Of a stretch of DNA of 64,000 bases, positions 63,248 through 64,000 are shown in pieces. Below the pieces are notes generated by a model. The model was not told the DNA's origin and searched no databases. It was given only the letters and a program-made list of their open reading frames with translations. Made by a program: the position numbers and the translations under genes. The stretch is from an uncultured Desulfosarcina sp. (GTDB taxonomy: Bacteria > Desulfobacterota > Desulfobacteria > Desulfobacterales > Desulfosarcinaceae), in assembly GCA_963674945.2 (NCBI GenBank), contig CAXXWQ010000004.1, positions 1,408,001-1,472,000 of the forward strand. The letters are read 5' to 3'. Numbering within the stretch: the first letter of the stretch is position 1; each line of letters begins with the position of its first letter.

Positions 63248-64000
63248 ATGGAACTTATCAAGATCAATCCGTTCTGCTATGAAATCCCCCGGTGCGGCAC
63301 CATGAGGGTTCCGGGACGAATTTTCATGAGCGAAACCATGGCCGGTCAGATGTCCGAGACAGAGGCCCTGAAACAGGTGGCCAACGTGGCCACGCTGCCC
63401 GGTATCCTCAAGGCGGCCATGGCCATGCCGGACATGCACTGGGGCTATGGTTTTCCCATCGGCGGCGTGGCCGCATTCGACTGGGAGACGGGTATCATCT
63501 CTCCCGGCGGTGTGGGCTATGACATCAATTGCGGCGTTCGACTGGCGGGAACCGGTCTTACGGAGAAAGAGATTCGACCGGTGGCGGATCGTCTGGTGGA
63601 CGCCCTGTTCAACAACATCCCGTCGGGTGTCGGTTCCACGGGGTCGGTGAAATTATCCCCAAAAGAAGCCAACCGTGTGCTGCGCCAGGGGGGGCGCTGG
63701 GCCGTTTCCCGGGGCTTCGGCGAACCGTCCGACGTGGAGCGCACCGAAGACGGCGGCTGCATGGAATCGGCCGATCCGTCGGTGGTCAGCGAGCGGGCCT
63801 TGCAACGAGGATCCAAACAATTGGGCACATTGGGCTCCGGAAACCATTTTCTGGAAGTGGGCGTGGTCGATGCCATCTTCGACGAAACTGCGGCCCGGGC
63901 ATTCGGGCTGTCCGAAAACCAGGTGACCGTGCTGCTCCATTCCGGTTCCCGGGGATTGGGATACCAGGTGTGTGACGACGCATTGGCCTTCATGAACAAG
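63248..64000 (+). CDS. rtcB: RtcB family RNA ligase (runs off window)
   Basis: MPDMHWGYGFPIGG, GYDINCG, QLGTLGSGNHFLE, HSGSRG. Confidence 0.93.
   Translation, partial: MELIKINPFCYEIPRCGTMRVPGRIFMSETMAGQMSETEALKQVANVATLPGILKAAMAMPDMHWGYGFPIGGVAAFDWETGIISPGGVGYDINCGVRLAGTGLTEKEIRPVADRLVDALFNNIPSGVGSTGSVKLSPKEANRVLRQGGRWAVSRGFGEPSDVERTEDGGCMESADPSVVSERALQRGSKQLGTLGSGNHFLEVGVVDAIFDETAARAFGLSENQVTVLLHSGSRGLGYQVCDDALAFMNK

Overview
A 64-kb chromosomal window from a ~55% GC anaerobic bacterium. Gene content is consistent with a sulfate-reducing Desulfobacterales/Desulfosarcina-like organism (inference). The core is housekeeping: coaX, pilT/pilU, divIVA-yggT, proC, ccdA, divergent class II (nrdJ) and class III (nrdDG) ribonucleotide reductases with tandem NrdR boxes, thiD, dinB, nfo, trpEGDCF with a Trp-rich leader peptide and attenuator, citrate synthase, PIN-PhoH, a Fur-family regulator, dnaK, two moeA paralogues, archease and rtcB. 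The most striking region is a ~14.8-kb island (41924-56719) bracketed by a 112-bp, 79%-identical inverted repeat. It holds an IS-interrupted phospholipase D gene, an IS66 and a redox operon: wHTH regulator, Tat-signal ferredoxin, AOR-family (W/Mo) oxidoreductase, octaheme cytochrome c, a split-Soret-type diheme cytochrome with an in-frame UGA (probable selenocysteine, split in two by the ORF track), and an outer-membrane barrel. Other accessory signals are two copies of an IS200/IS605-like miniature element with a heptamer palindrome and variable core, a candidate RHH toxin-antitoxin-like pair beside a hipA-like remnant, a collapsed type III R-M locus, and a candidate structured ncRNA. All calls come from reading motifs by eye; no database searches were run.
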